DNA from: Verrucomicrobiales bacterium
Lineage (GTDB): Bacteria; Verrucomicrobiota; Verrucomicrobiia; Verrucomicrobiales; V1-33
Length of the DNA stretch: 22,262 bases
Assembly (NCBI GenBank): GCA_031411295.1
Contig: JANOAV010000160.1
Location: 1 to 22,262 of the forward strand
Direction of reading: 5' to 3'
The notes below the pieces were generated by a model. That model saw nothing but the letters and a program-made list of their open reading frames with translations. It was not told where the DNA came from and searched no databases. Below, piece after piece: positions 8,181-16,320 of this stretch (the first letter of the stretch is position 1; each line of letters starts with the position of its first letter). The position numbers and the translations under genes are program-made.

Positions 8181-8600
8181 ATGAACTGGATTACATGGGC
8201 ATTGTTATCGGCGGGCTTTGCCGGGGTGACTGCGATCTTCGCCAAGCTCGGGGTGGCGGAAATTTCCAGTCATCTGGCGACGGCCATCAGGACCTCGGTG
8301 GTGGTGGTGCTGGCTTGGGGCATGGTCCTGCTCACGCGCACAGGTGGGGGCATGGGGACCATTTCCCACCGCACTTGGCTGTGGCTAATCCTCAGCGGTG
8401 TGGCCACCGGGGCGTCGTGGATCTGCTACTTCCGGGCGTTGCAGTTGGGCCATGCGGCTCAGGTGGCCCCGATTGACAAGCTGAGCGTGGTCTTTGTGGT
8501 GATCTTTGCCGCCATTTTCCTAGGGGAAGCCATTACTTGGCGGGTGGCGACGGGAGTGGCGCTGATGCTGGTGGGGGCTCTGGTGCTGGCTTGGAAGTAG
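8181..8600 (+). CDS. EamA/DMT-family small transporter
   Basis: MNWITWALLSAGFAGVTAIFAKLG...ATAIRT...SWICYFRALQLG...VAPIDKLSVV, with about five hydrophobic segments. Confidence 0.92.
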   Translation: MNWITWALLSAGFAGVTAIFAKLGVAEISSHLATAIRTSVVVVLAWGMVLLTRTGGGMGTISHRTWLWLILSGVATGASWICYFRALQLGHAAQVAPIDKLSVVFVVIFAAIFLGEAITWRVATGVALMLVGALVLAWK

Positions 8601-9411
8601 CGGATGCGACTGGCTGGGCTGCTTGGGCTAATGCTTCACTAACGTAAGTGGCGTGGAGGACGGTGCCGAGGCCGAGAGGGTGTCGGATGGTGCGTTCCTC
8701 ATACTCGCTCTTCAGGTTATCCACGTGGTGCTGCTGGGCGAGCACGATGCCGATAATCAGTGGGGCTCCGTTGGCGGTATCGATAAATACAGGTCCGCCG
8801 CTGTCGCCAGCGAAGGTTGTGAAATCGGCCAGCAACGTGGGATGGGTGGCGATGGGAAGCAATGGCGGGCTGGCAAAGATGCCCTGCCGCGCGACGGGGA
8901 AGCCAGCTCCATTGGCCTCAAAACGCTCCGGATAGGTTAGGATGAAGAGCGGGCTGCAGAGGCGGACCTTGCTGGCGGCTAGGCTGGCGGCATCGGCCAA
9001 GGAAGCCGCAGGCAGGAAATTTACCGGGATGGGCAAAGGACTGGTGAGCTTGAGGACGGCTACGTCTTGTTTCGGGTGGCGCACCCAGAGGGGAGTTTCC
9101 CCCTGCCGAATCGTGAGGGTATGGTCATGGCGGGTATAGGATCCATCGGGTGCGGGCTTGCGCAGGACGAGGATGGCGGTCTCTCCCTTGGTTCGCTCCA
9201 CGGTGTGAGCGGTGGTGACGAGATAGCAGGCGGGGTCGTCTGCTGCGCGCTTAACGAGAAAGCAGGTGGACGTGGAGTCTTTGTGGTAAAATTTAAAGGT
9301 GGCATCCATGACGGTGGATGCAAAATCATTGGCGGGAGCAGGATGCACTATGGCCAGCAACATGCTGACACCCAGCGCCAAGGCTGATGGCTGGCGAGGA
9401 GGCGTGCTCAT
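8533..9411 (-). CDS. Secreted trypsin-like serine protease
   Basis: Signal-like N-terminus and catalytic triad contexts VTTAH, DVAVL and GDSGGP. Confidence 0.88.
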   Translation of the reverse strand: MSTPPRQPSALALGVSMLLAIVHPAPANDFASTVMDATFKFYHKDSTSTCFLVKRAADDPACYLVTTAHTVERTKGETAILVLRKPAPDGSYTRHDHTLTIRQGETPLWVRHPKQDVAVLKLTSPLPIPVNFLPAASLADAASLAASKVRLCSPLFILTYPERFEANGAGFPVARQGIFASPPLLPIATHPTLLADFTTFAGDSGGPVFIDTANGAPLIIGIVLAQQHHVDNLKSEYEERTIRHPLGLGTVLHATYVSEALAQAAQPVASATSKPAPEPPPASAPLPSPPAK

Positions 9412-10007
9412 TTTCCTTTGACCGCCATTTCTCCAGCCAGCTTCATCGCCTGCTTCTGGCTGTCGTCACTCAAGCTGGCAAGGGGCATGGTGTATTCTTT
9501 GCCAGCGATGCGCAGGGTGACGTTGTCTCCCTTGATGCGAACGATTGAGGCTTTGATGATCTTGCCTTCTTTGTTGGTCCACTCCTGGACGCTGGGCAGG
9601 CTGCTACTGGGCGCGCCCAAGCCACCTTTGGCCACCCCGCCAGTGGATTTCTCCATGTTGGCACCTTCCTCGATCCACGTGTTGAGGACCTTGAGTTCAC
9701 GCGGGGTTAGGGCATCCTTGGCATCCGGCGGCATGTTGTGGTCCTTGGCGGTGCGATTCACCATTTCCATGAGCACGCTGTTAGCAGGATCTCCGGGCTT
9801 GATGAGGAAGCTGGGGCCGATCTCGTTTTTGATGCTGGCATCGTCGTCGAATTTATAGCCACCTTTGGGCTTCTTCATTTTGCCGCTATGGCATTCGACG
9901 CAACGTTTCTCGAAAATAGGTTTGACGTCCCGCTTGTAGTCGATGTCAGCGACGGAAGCGGAAAGAAGGCTGAGAGAAATGGCAAGGCAGCAGCGGGAGA
10001 ATTTCAT
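9408..10007 (-). CDS. Planctomycete-type monoheme cytochrome c domain fused to an SHD1-like domain
   Basis: Signal peptide, then IDYKRDVKPIFEKRCVECH (CxxCH), IKPGDPANS, MPP and WIEEGA. The C-terminus WTNKEGKIIKA...VTLR...PLASLSDDSQ is SHD1-like. Confidence 0.85.
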   Translation of the reverse strand: MKFSRCCLAISLSLLSASVADIDYKRDVKPIFEKRCVECHSGKMKKPKGGYKFDDDASIKNEIGPSFLIKPGDPANSVLMEMVNRTAKDHNMPPDAKDALTPRELKVLNTWIEEGANMEKSTGGVAKGGLGAPSSSLPSVQEWTNKEGKIIKASIVRIKGDNVTLRIAGKEYTMPLASLSDDSQKQAMKLAGEMAVKGK

Positions 10008-10174
10008 GCGAATGTCTGTAATGCTAAATTTCGATCTGGAAACCTGAATTTTTGAGGAGCGAACGGGATAGGCAAATGGAGTATCCATGGGGTGGGCAAA
10101 GTTGCAATTGTGGCTTACGGAGGAGCGGAGGAAATAGCGACTGCATGAGAGAATCGTTTCCGCCAGGATGGGGG

Positions 10175-11665
10175 ATGCATTTGCAATTCAAATTAATCAC
10201 GCTGGTGGGGCTGGGTTGGAGTTGGTGCGGCCTGGGACTGGCCGCGCCTGCGACGGTTGCGCCGGGATGGTTCGGGATTCACGTGGTGGATGAGGTCACT
10301 GGCAAAGGCGTGCCATTGGTGGAGTTGCGCACCGTGAATGATATTCGGTTGGTCACGGACAATGCAGGCTGGATTGCATTCAAAGAGCCGGGATTAATGA
10401 ATCGGGAGGTTTTCTTCCATGTTAGCGGGCCCGGGATTGAGGTGGCGAAAGATGGTTTCGGCTACGCGTGCTATCGGCCCATCACCAAGGACGGGACCGC
10501 GGTGGAACTGAAAGTGAAGCGCACCACGCTGGCCGAGCGACTGGGGCGATTGACCGGGCAGGGCATGTATCGGGATTCCGAGTTGCTGGGCCTGCCGCAG
10601 CCAGTGCCGAATCTGCTGGCGCCCGGGGTAATGGGGCAGGACTCGGTGCAGGCGGTGCCTTATGACGGCAAAATTTTCTGGCTCTGGGGGGACACTAACG
10701 TGCCGCACTATCAGTTGGGAAATTACCAGACGACCGCTGCTATCACGCCGAGGGATCAGCATCCGGAAAAGGGGCTGCTCTATCAATATTTCACCGATGC
10801 CGCGAAACCTCAGCAGATCCGCCACATGATGCCGTTGCCTGCCTCTGGGGCCGTGTGGTGCTTCGGGCTGATGTCCTTCACGGAGGAGGGGAAAGAGCAT
10901 TTACTCGTTGGTTACTCCCGTCAGCAGGGGCTCGTGCCACCAGATGAGCAGGGCGTGGCTGAGTTCGACGCGAAGGAGGGGATTTTCAAATCGGTCGGCG
11001 CGATTCCCAAAGACGAAAAGTGGCGACATCCGAGTGGCTGCTCGGTTCGGGTGACGGACGCGGCAGGAGATTACTTCTATTTTGCAATGCCCTTCGCCCA
11101 TACCCGGGTGCCAGCAACCCGCAAGGATATCATCAGTGCCGAGGCTTATGAGACGCTGCGCTTCGATACCACGAAACGGGCGTGGGGCTGGGAGAAGTCA
11201 GGCGCGCCCACGACCCAGGCGGAGGAAACGGTGCTGCTCCGCGAGGGTAAACTACCGGCCGGGCAGGCCCGCTATCAGTTGCAGGATGCCAGCACGGGGA
11301 AACTGGTCAGCATCCATGGCGGCAGCATCCAGTGGAACGTCTGGCGGAAACGTTTCGTGCTCATCGCCACGCAGAGCGGGGAGAAGCAGGATCCTTCCGC
11401 CTTGGGGGAAGTCTGGTATGCGGAAAGTGAAAAAGTGGATGGCCCGTGGGGTAAGGCGATTAAAGTGGCCAGCCATCCGCGCTACACATATTACAATCCA
11501 GTCCATCACGCCTTCTTCGATGCCGAGGGCGGGCGCGTGATTTACTTCGAAGGGACGTATTCCTTGGAATTCTCCGGCAATCCCCTGGCCCCCGCTCGGT
11601 ATGATTATAATCAGTTGATGTATCGGCTGGATTTGTCCGATCCAGCCATGGAATCCGTGCGTTGA
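10175..11665 (+). CDS. Secreted hypothetical protein, possible beta-propeller glycoside-hydrolase-like fold
   Basis: About 496 aa from the likely start MHLQFK (alternative start 10145). It has a signal peptide, an N-terminal VVDEVTGKGVPLVEL beta-sandwich-like segment and an IFWLWGDT motif. The fold call is tentative. Confidence 0.7.
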   Translation: MHLQFKLITLVGLGWSWCGLGLAAPATVAPGWFGIHVVDEVTGKGVPLVELRTVNDIRLVTDNAGWIAFKEPGLMNREVFFHVSGPGIEVAKDGFGYACYRPITKDGTAVELKVKRTTLAERLGRLTGQGMYRDSELLGLPQPVPNLLAPGVMGQDSVQAVPYDGKIFWLWGDTNVPHYQLGNYQTTAAITPRDQHPEKGLLYQYFTDAAKPQQIRHMMPLPASGAVWCFGLMSFTEEGKEHLLVGYSRQQGLVPPDEQGVAEFDAKEGIFKSVGAIPKDEKWRHPSGCSVRVTDAAGDYFYFAMPFAHTRVPATRKDIISAEAYETLRFDTTKRAWGWEKSGAPTTQAEETVLLREGKLPAGQARYQLQDASTGKLVSIHGGSIQWNVWRKRFVLIATQSGEKQDPSALGEVWYAESEKVDGPWGKAIKVASHPRYTYYNPVHHAFFDAEGGRVIYFEGTYSLEFSGNPLAPARYDYNQLMYRLDLSDPAMESVR

Positions 11666-11698
11666 GTGGGGGAGCTGGCGACAGCCCTGGATTTTGGT

Positions 11699-11801
11699 GG
11701 CCTTAAGTAGTCATGGGTTTTGCCGCAGGCATGTCCCGGGTGGATTCAGATGTCCGATTCACGGGGAGGGTTCGACGGGCTGAAGCCCCGGACTACGGTG
11801 G
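11699..11801 (-). repeat. REP doublet (REPIN-like), family A, copy 1
   Basis: GTAG at 11707 to CTAC at 11793-11796, containing GGGCTGAAGCCC. Its reverse complement aligns with 21948-22052, including a 33-nt exact block. Confidence 0.9.
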
Positions 11802-12162
11802 ATTGCCAGTGCCACCACGCTCCAGCGAGGGCGGCTCCGGTGGCATAGGCCACGACATCTTTCCAGTCGCCTGTCACGTGCATCAGGCGGGGGCCGATGC
11901 CCTCGAAGAGCACCGCCCACACCGTCAGATGGAGGCCGATCTCCGACCACGCGGGGAAATGGTCCGTGAGGCGCAATTTAAGTTTTCGCTGGAGCCAGAG
12001 GAGGATGGGCAGCCCTGCAGGAATGAGCAGGAAATCCGTGGCGTGATCATGCCAGAAGCCACTGGGGAAATGCGGCTTGATGAGGAATCGACAGGCGAGG
12101 TAGCTTGCGGAAGCAACCAGACACAGCGGATCCAGCGCGTAGCGGAATTTCACAGCGCCCAC
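11746..12162 (-). CDS. Small integral membrane protein (VanZ-like/unknown)
   Basis: About four hydrophobic segments, with HATDFLLIP, LFEGIGP and TGDWKDVVAYATG motifs. The C-terminus is read through the REP element. Confidence 0.75.
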   Translation of the reverse strand: MGAVKFRYALDPLCLVASASYLACRFLIKPHFPSGFWHDHATDFLLIPAGLPILLWLQRKLKLRLTDHFPAWSEIGLHLTVWAVLFEGIGPRLMHVTGDWKDVVAYATGAALAGAWWHWQSTVVRGFSPSNPPRESDI

Positions 12163-12318
12163 ATGATTCCAACTCCAGCGGACAGGGCGAGGGCGATTTT
12201 GGCAAGAAGGATCATAGGGAAATGGGGTGGGGGAGTGGTCAGAACTTGCGGGGCTCTACGCAGAATTCAACCGGAAAGGTCCCGTCGCTCCACGTTTGGA
12301 ACGGCCTTTTTCGAACGC

Positions 12319-12336
12319 TTGTGAAATTTTTCACAA
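12319..12336. promoter_or_regulatory. Rex-type operator upstream of nuoH
   Basis: TTGTGAA-ATTT-TTCACAA is a perfect match to the Rex consensus TTGTGAANNNNTTCACAA. It lies 130 nt upstream of nuoH, beside a possible TTGCCC-N16-GATACT promoter (12343-12370). Confidence 0.8.
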
Positions 12337-12465
12337 ATGGCCTTGCCCGACCGATTTCCCGATGGATACTCGAATATCTTTCGCGTTCCAGCGTGCCTTT
12401 GGAGGCTCGTTGAGCGTTCTCGCTGACCCACCGCAACGACTAGATTTTCTGCTGTATTTTTCCTC

Positions 12466-13590
12466 ATGGACTGGTTTTTCACTCTTACCTCCGCCGTCAA
12501 GATTGCCTTGAGCATCGTGACTTTGCTGACGATTGTCGCCTTGGCCAGCTATGCCGAGCGTCGGGTCAGCGCCATTATTCAAGACCGGGTGGGGCCGAAT
12601 CGGGTAGGCATTCCATTGACGCTATTCGGATTTAAAAAGGACTGGGCGTTCTTCGGATTGCTCCAACCGCTGGCGGACGGATTGAAATTCATTTTGAAGG
12701 AAGATTTGGTGCCGAACCACGTGCGGAAGTTCTATTTCTGGCTCGCTCCCGCCATTTCCATGGTGCCGTCGTTGCTAACTTTTGCGGTGATTCCTTTCGG
12801 TTCCTCGTTTCACGTGGCAGGGCATCCTGATGTGAAGATGGTCATCGCTGACCTCAACGTCGGTCCGCTGTTCATTTTCGCCATTGCCTCCCTGAGCGTT
12901 TACGGAATCGTGCTCGCTGGTTGGTCGTCCAACTCCAAGTATCCGTTCCTCGGAGCGGTGCGGTCCAGCAGCCAAATGATCAGTTATGAAATCAGTCTGG
13001 GGCTTAGTTTGGTGCCGGTGTTGCTGGTCTTCGGGGAACTGAATCTGGGTAAAATTGTGGAGTATCAAAACGAAAACGGCTGGCTGTTGTTCCCTGCTGC
13101 CATCGGTAAAGGCTTCGTCTGGCAGAACTGGCTGTTGGTGCCACCGATGCTGCTGTCCTTCCTCATCTTCACCATTTCCATTTTCGCTGAAACCAACCGC
13201 ATGCCGTTCGACTTGCCCGAGTGCGAAACCGAACTCGTGGCCGGCTATCACACAGAATATTCATCCATGAAATTCGCCCTCTTCTTCATGGGGGAATACG
13301 CTGCCATGGTGGTTGGCTCCGGCCTGATCGTTAGTCTCTATCTGGGTGGATGGTCGCTGCCCTTCGGCATACTGCAAAACCAGGAAGGTAGCATCTGGAT
13401 CTCCCTGCTGCACGTAGGATGTTTCCTGACGAAGATTGTCGCTTGGATCATCTTTTTCATGTGGGTCCGCTGGACGCTCCCACGTTTTCGCTACGACCAA
13501 CTCATGCGCTTGGGTTGGGTTTGGTTGTTTGAAATTGCGCTAGCTAACGTTTTCATCACGGCTCTGATCTTGATGCTAATCAAGAAGTAA
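12466..13590 (+). CDS. nuoH: NADH-quinone oxidoreductase subunit H
   Basis: ERRVSAIIQDRVGPNRVG, GLLQPLADGLKFILKED, GWSSNSKY, QMISYE, AETNRMPFDLPECETELVAGYHTEYS and PRFRYDQLM. Confidence 0.98.
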   Translation: MDWFFTLTSAVKIALSIVTLLTIVALASYAERRVSAIIQDRVGPNRVGIPLTLFGFKKDWAFFGLLQPLADGLKFILKEDLVPNHVRKFYFWLAPAISMVPSLLTFAVIPFGSSFHVAGHPDVKMVIADLNVGPLFIFAIASLSVYGIVLAGWSSNSKYPFLGAVRSSSQMISYEISLGLSLVPVLLVFGELNLGKIVEYQNENGWLLFPAAIGKGFVWQNWLLVPPMLLSFLIFTISIFAETNRMPFDLPECETELVAGYHTEYSSMKFALFFMGEYAAMVVGSGLIVSLYLGGWSLPFGILQNQEGSIWISLLHVGCFLTKIVAWIIFFMWVRWTLPRFRYDQLMRLGWVWLFEIALANVFITALILMLIKK

Positions 13591-13620
13591 GTTAGGGAGT
13601 AATAAAATTAATAAATAAGG
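13590..13620 (+). repeat. Left arm of the 31-bp inverted repeat flanking the four-helix-bundle gene
   Basis: AGTTAGGGAGTAATAAAATTAATAAATAAGG matches the reverse complement of 14011-14041 at 27/31, with the outer 13 bp perfect. Confidence 0.9.
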
Positions 13621-13623
13621 ATC

Positions 13624-14010
13624 ATGACGCAGGAGATCACGAGGACGTTCGAAACTCTGGAGTGCTGGAAAGCATGTCAAGAGTTACGGGTGTTTTTGCG
13701 ACTTCAAGTCATCCCCAAACTCCCGCAGCGTGAGAACTTCGAACTCCGGAGCCAACTTATCCGGGCTGCCCGATCCACCACCGCCAATATTGCCGAAGGT
13801 TACGGACGCTTTCATTTCTTGGAAAATCGCAAGTTCTGCCTCAACGCTCGCGGCTCACTCTTTGAACTACTAGACCATCTTATTGTCGCCCAAGAAGAAG
13901 ACTACATTACACCAGAAACACTGACCACCTGCCGGCAACAGATCCTCCACGCAGTCAAAATTCTCAACGGCTACATCGCCTGGATCAAATCCCAAGCCGA
14001 CAAGTCCTAG
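13624..14010 (+). CDS. Four-helix-bundle protein (23S rRNA IVP / TIGR02436 / bAvd-like family)
   Basis: FETLECWK, LPQRENFELRSQLIRAARSTTANIAEGYGR and ARGSLFEL are the family signature. Confidence 0.93.
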   Translation: MTQEITRTFETLECWKACQELRVFLRLQVIPKLPQRENFELRSQLIRAARSTTANIAEGYGRFHFLENRKFCLNARGSLFELLDHLIVAQEEDYITPETLTTCRQQILHAVKILNGYIAWIKSQADKS

Positions 14011-14041
14011 CCTCATTTTTTAATTCTCTTACTCCCTAACT
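14011..14041 (-). repeat. Right arm of the 31-bp inverted repeat flanking the four-helix-bundle gene
   Basis: CCTCATTTTTTAATTCTCTTACTCCCTAACT begins at the first base after the TAG stop. Confidence 0.9.
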
Positions 14042-14051
14042 CTCCCTCCCC

Positions 14052-14585
14052 ATGGCTACCATCCTCGTTAAAAGACCTAAACTCAGCATCTGGGAGAAAA
14101 TGTATCTCCCTGGGTTATTCAAGGGAATGATGATCACCTTTGGTCATGCCAAGCGGATGCTTACGGGCAAGACCGAAGGCTCCATGCAGTATCCCGAGCA
14201 AAAGTGGGATGACGAACTGCCGGAACATTACCGTGGTGCGCCAGCTTTGGTGACCGATGAACATGGTCGCGAACGCTGTGTGTCCTGCCAACTCTGTGAA
14301 TTTATTTGTCCTCCTCGTGCTATCACTATCACGCCCGGAGCCATCCCGAAAGATGACCAATGGGCCAAAGTGGAGAAGGCTCCGCGGGAATTTAAGATCG
14401 ATATGATCCGCTGCATCTACTGCGGCATGTGCGAAGAAGTCTGCCCGGAGCAAGCCATCTTCCTCCGCAAAGATTACGCCATCACTGGCACCACCCGTGA
14501 GGAAATGGTGCACGACAAGACCCGGTTATATGAGATCGGCGGGATTCGCGAGGGATTGGTGAATAAGTGGAATGAGTTGAAGTAA
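14052..14585 (+). CDS. nuoI: NADH-quinone oxidoreductase subunit I
   Basis: QYPE plus two 4Fe-4S motifs, CVSCQLCEFICP and CIYCGMCEEVCP, in the expected position after nuoH. Confidence 0.97.
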   Translation: MATILVKRPKLSIWEKMYLPGLFKGMMITFGHAKRMLTGKTEGSMQYPEQKWDDELPEHYRGAPALVTDEHGRERCVSCQLCEFICPPRAITITPGAIPKDDQWAKVEKAPREFKIDMIRCIYCGMCEEVCPEQAIFLRKDYAITGTTREEMVHDKTRLYEIGGIREGLVNKWNELK

Positions 14586-14617
14586 AGCTTCCTTAATAAC
14601 GCTTTGCCCATGCGGTT

Positions 14618-15208
14618 TCAGTCATCGCTCGTTTCACTCGGCTCTGGAAACTTAACTCCTCGGTAAATCTGGTGCAGTGGTATCTTTAGGTCCACCGATT
14701 CCAGTTCCACGGACATGTCGATATCCATGTAATACTGCGCAGCCCAAGCGGTCCGCTTACGGTAAACTCTAACATCCACTCGGTCCTGCGCTACTAGCAC
14801 ATACTCTTCCAGTGATGGGATGGTGGCGTAATTCTGGAATTTCTCCACGGAATCCAGTCGTTGTGTGCTTTTGGACAGCACTTCGATGATCAATTTGGGA
14901 AACCGCAAAAAGTGCTCGTCCGTGTCTCTTGGATCGCAACCAACGACGACATCTGGATAGTAGAAAATATCCTTCCCGTGTGCTAGGAGCCGGACCTTCA
15001 TATCGGACATATAGGGCACGCAGGGCGAGTTTTCCAAGCGTCGATGTATCGCTGCAAGCATATTTACCGCTGCCGTAACGTGGTTCCGGCTGGCCCCGGC
15101 CATGGCGGACACTCGTCCATCCACATACTCGTGCTTCACCTCGCTCAGGGGTTCTCCTGACAGGTAATCTTCCACGGAAATGAAATCAATGCGCTCTAGG
15201 GCTGACAT
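14618..15208 (-). CDS. Uma2 (DUF820) family PD-(D/E)xK endonuclease
   Basis: ISVEDYL, KHEYVDG, AMAGASRNH, YYPDVVV, PKLIIEVLSKST and IPSLEEYVLV. Likely start is MSALE at 15208. Confidence 0.93.
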   Translation of the reverse strand: MSALERIDFISVEDYLSGEPLSEVKHEYVDGRVSAMAGASRNHVTAAVNMLAAIHRRLENSPCVPYMSDMKVRLLAHGKDIFYYPDVVVGCDPRDTDEHFLRFPKLIIEVLSKSTQRLDSVEKFQNYATIPSLEEYVLVAQDRVDVRVYRKRTAWAAQYYMDIDMSVELESVDLKIPLHQIYRGVKFPEPSETSDD

Positions 15209-15432
15209 GCGTTGACTATCGAAGCAAATGTCGCTGACGGCAAGATGAAATTTCTTCCGCTCCCGACGGAATTTCATGAGATTCTCGATGAAACATCCAG
15301 AATCGCGCTTGACCGCTGCGGGGCTCTCGCGAGGATTCAGGCGTGTTGATTTTGCTCATCTCTTCGGTCTGGAAACGTGACTAAAATGGAGATTTGCCGC
15401 CACTTTCAAGTTTCTTCCGCCTTTGCCTGCCC

Positions 15433-15960
15433 ATGCCTGAACCACTCTTCCTCTTTTTCGCCCTCCTCACCCTGATTTTCGGAATCGGGGTGGTGGTTAA
15501 TCGGAATCCTGTGGCCAGCGGGTTGTGCCTGGTGGTCTCGTTCATTGGCTTGGCCGCCATTTACGTTAGTCTGAATGCGTATTTTCTGGGCGTGATTCAA
15601 GTGCTGGTGTATGCCGGGGCGGTGATGGTCTTGTTCTTATTCATCATCATGTTGCTGGACATCAAGGCCGAGACGAGGCGGAAGTTTAACAAGACGGCGG
15701 TCATTGGCGGTGGGGCGGTCACGCTGGGTTTTCTGGTCCTCTTGGCCAATGTGCTCAGCAGTTTCAAGGCGGGGGACAAGCGACTGCCGGCCATCGGAGC
15801 CGACAAAGCGGAGGCGAGCGATGTCGTGGAAATCGGCAATTTGCTCTTTACGAATTATACCTTCCATCTCCAAATCGTGGGAGTGCTGCTACTGGTCGCC
15901 ACGGTCGGCGTGGTAGTCTTGAGCCGACGCGAGGATCGCGTAGCGACGCCACCTCAATAA
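15433..15960 (+). CDS. nuoJ: NADH-quinone oxidoreductase subunit J
   Basis: RNPVASGL and [20 protein letters not shown] motifs. Likely start is ATG 15433. Confidence 0.96.
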   Translation: MPEPLFLFFALLTLIFGIGVVVNRNPVASGLCLVVSFIGLAAIYVSLNAYFLGVIQVLVYAGAVMVLFLFIIMLLDIKAETRRKFNKTAVIGGGAVTLGFLVLLANVLSSFKAGDKRLPAIGADKAEASDVVEIGNLLFTNYTFHLQIVGVLLLVATVGVVVLSRREDRVATPPQ

Positions 15961-15982
15961 CTTTCCTTTCCTTCCCAGAAAC

Positions 15983-16309
15983 ATGACTTTATCGCACTAT
16001 CTGCTTCTTTCCGGCCTGCTCTTTGCCATTGGTTTGGCGGGAGTCATCGTGCGTCGGAACATCATCATCATTTTCATGTGCTTGGAGTTGATGCTGAATG
16101 CGGGAAACTTGGCCTTGGTAGCCTTCTCGCGTTTCAATCTGTCTGGCCAAGGGGCTGCTGCGCAACCCAACTACAATGGGCAAATGCTGGTGTTCCTCAT
16201 TATCACCGTAGCCGCCGCCGAGGTCGCGGTCGGTCTCGCGATCATCGTGGCGCTGTTCCGCTCGCGGCAGACGATCCATGTGGATGACCTCAACTCGCTC
16301 CAAGGCTAA
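15983..16309 (+). CDS. nuoK: NADH-quinone oxidoreductase subunit K
   Basis: [17 protein letters not shown] and [12 protein letters not shown]. Confidence 0.97.
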   Translation: MTLSHYLLLSGLLFAIGLAGVIVRRNIIIIFMCLELMLNAGNLALVAFSRFNLSGQGAAAQPNYNGQMLVFLIITVAAAEVAVGLAIIVALFRSRQTIHVDDLNSLQG

Positions 16310-16320
16310 ATTTCACTATC

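Noticed and set aside
11713..12324. 203-aa plus-strand ORF
   Set aside because: It starts inside a REP element and is antisense to the more credible membrane-protein gene.
13624..14010. Diversity-generating retroelement, suggested by the bAvd-like fold
   Set aside because: No reverse transcriptase and no TR/VR repeat pair with adenine-specific mismatches are present in the window.
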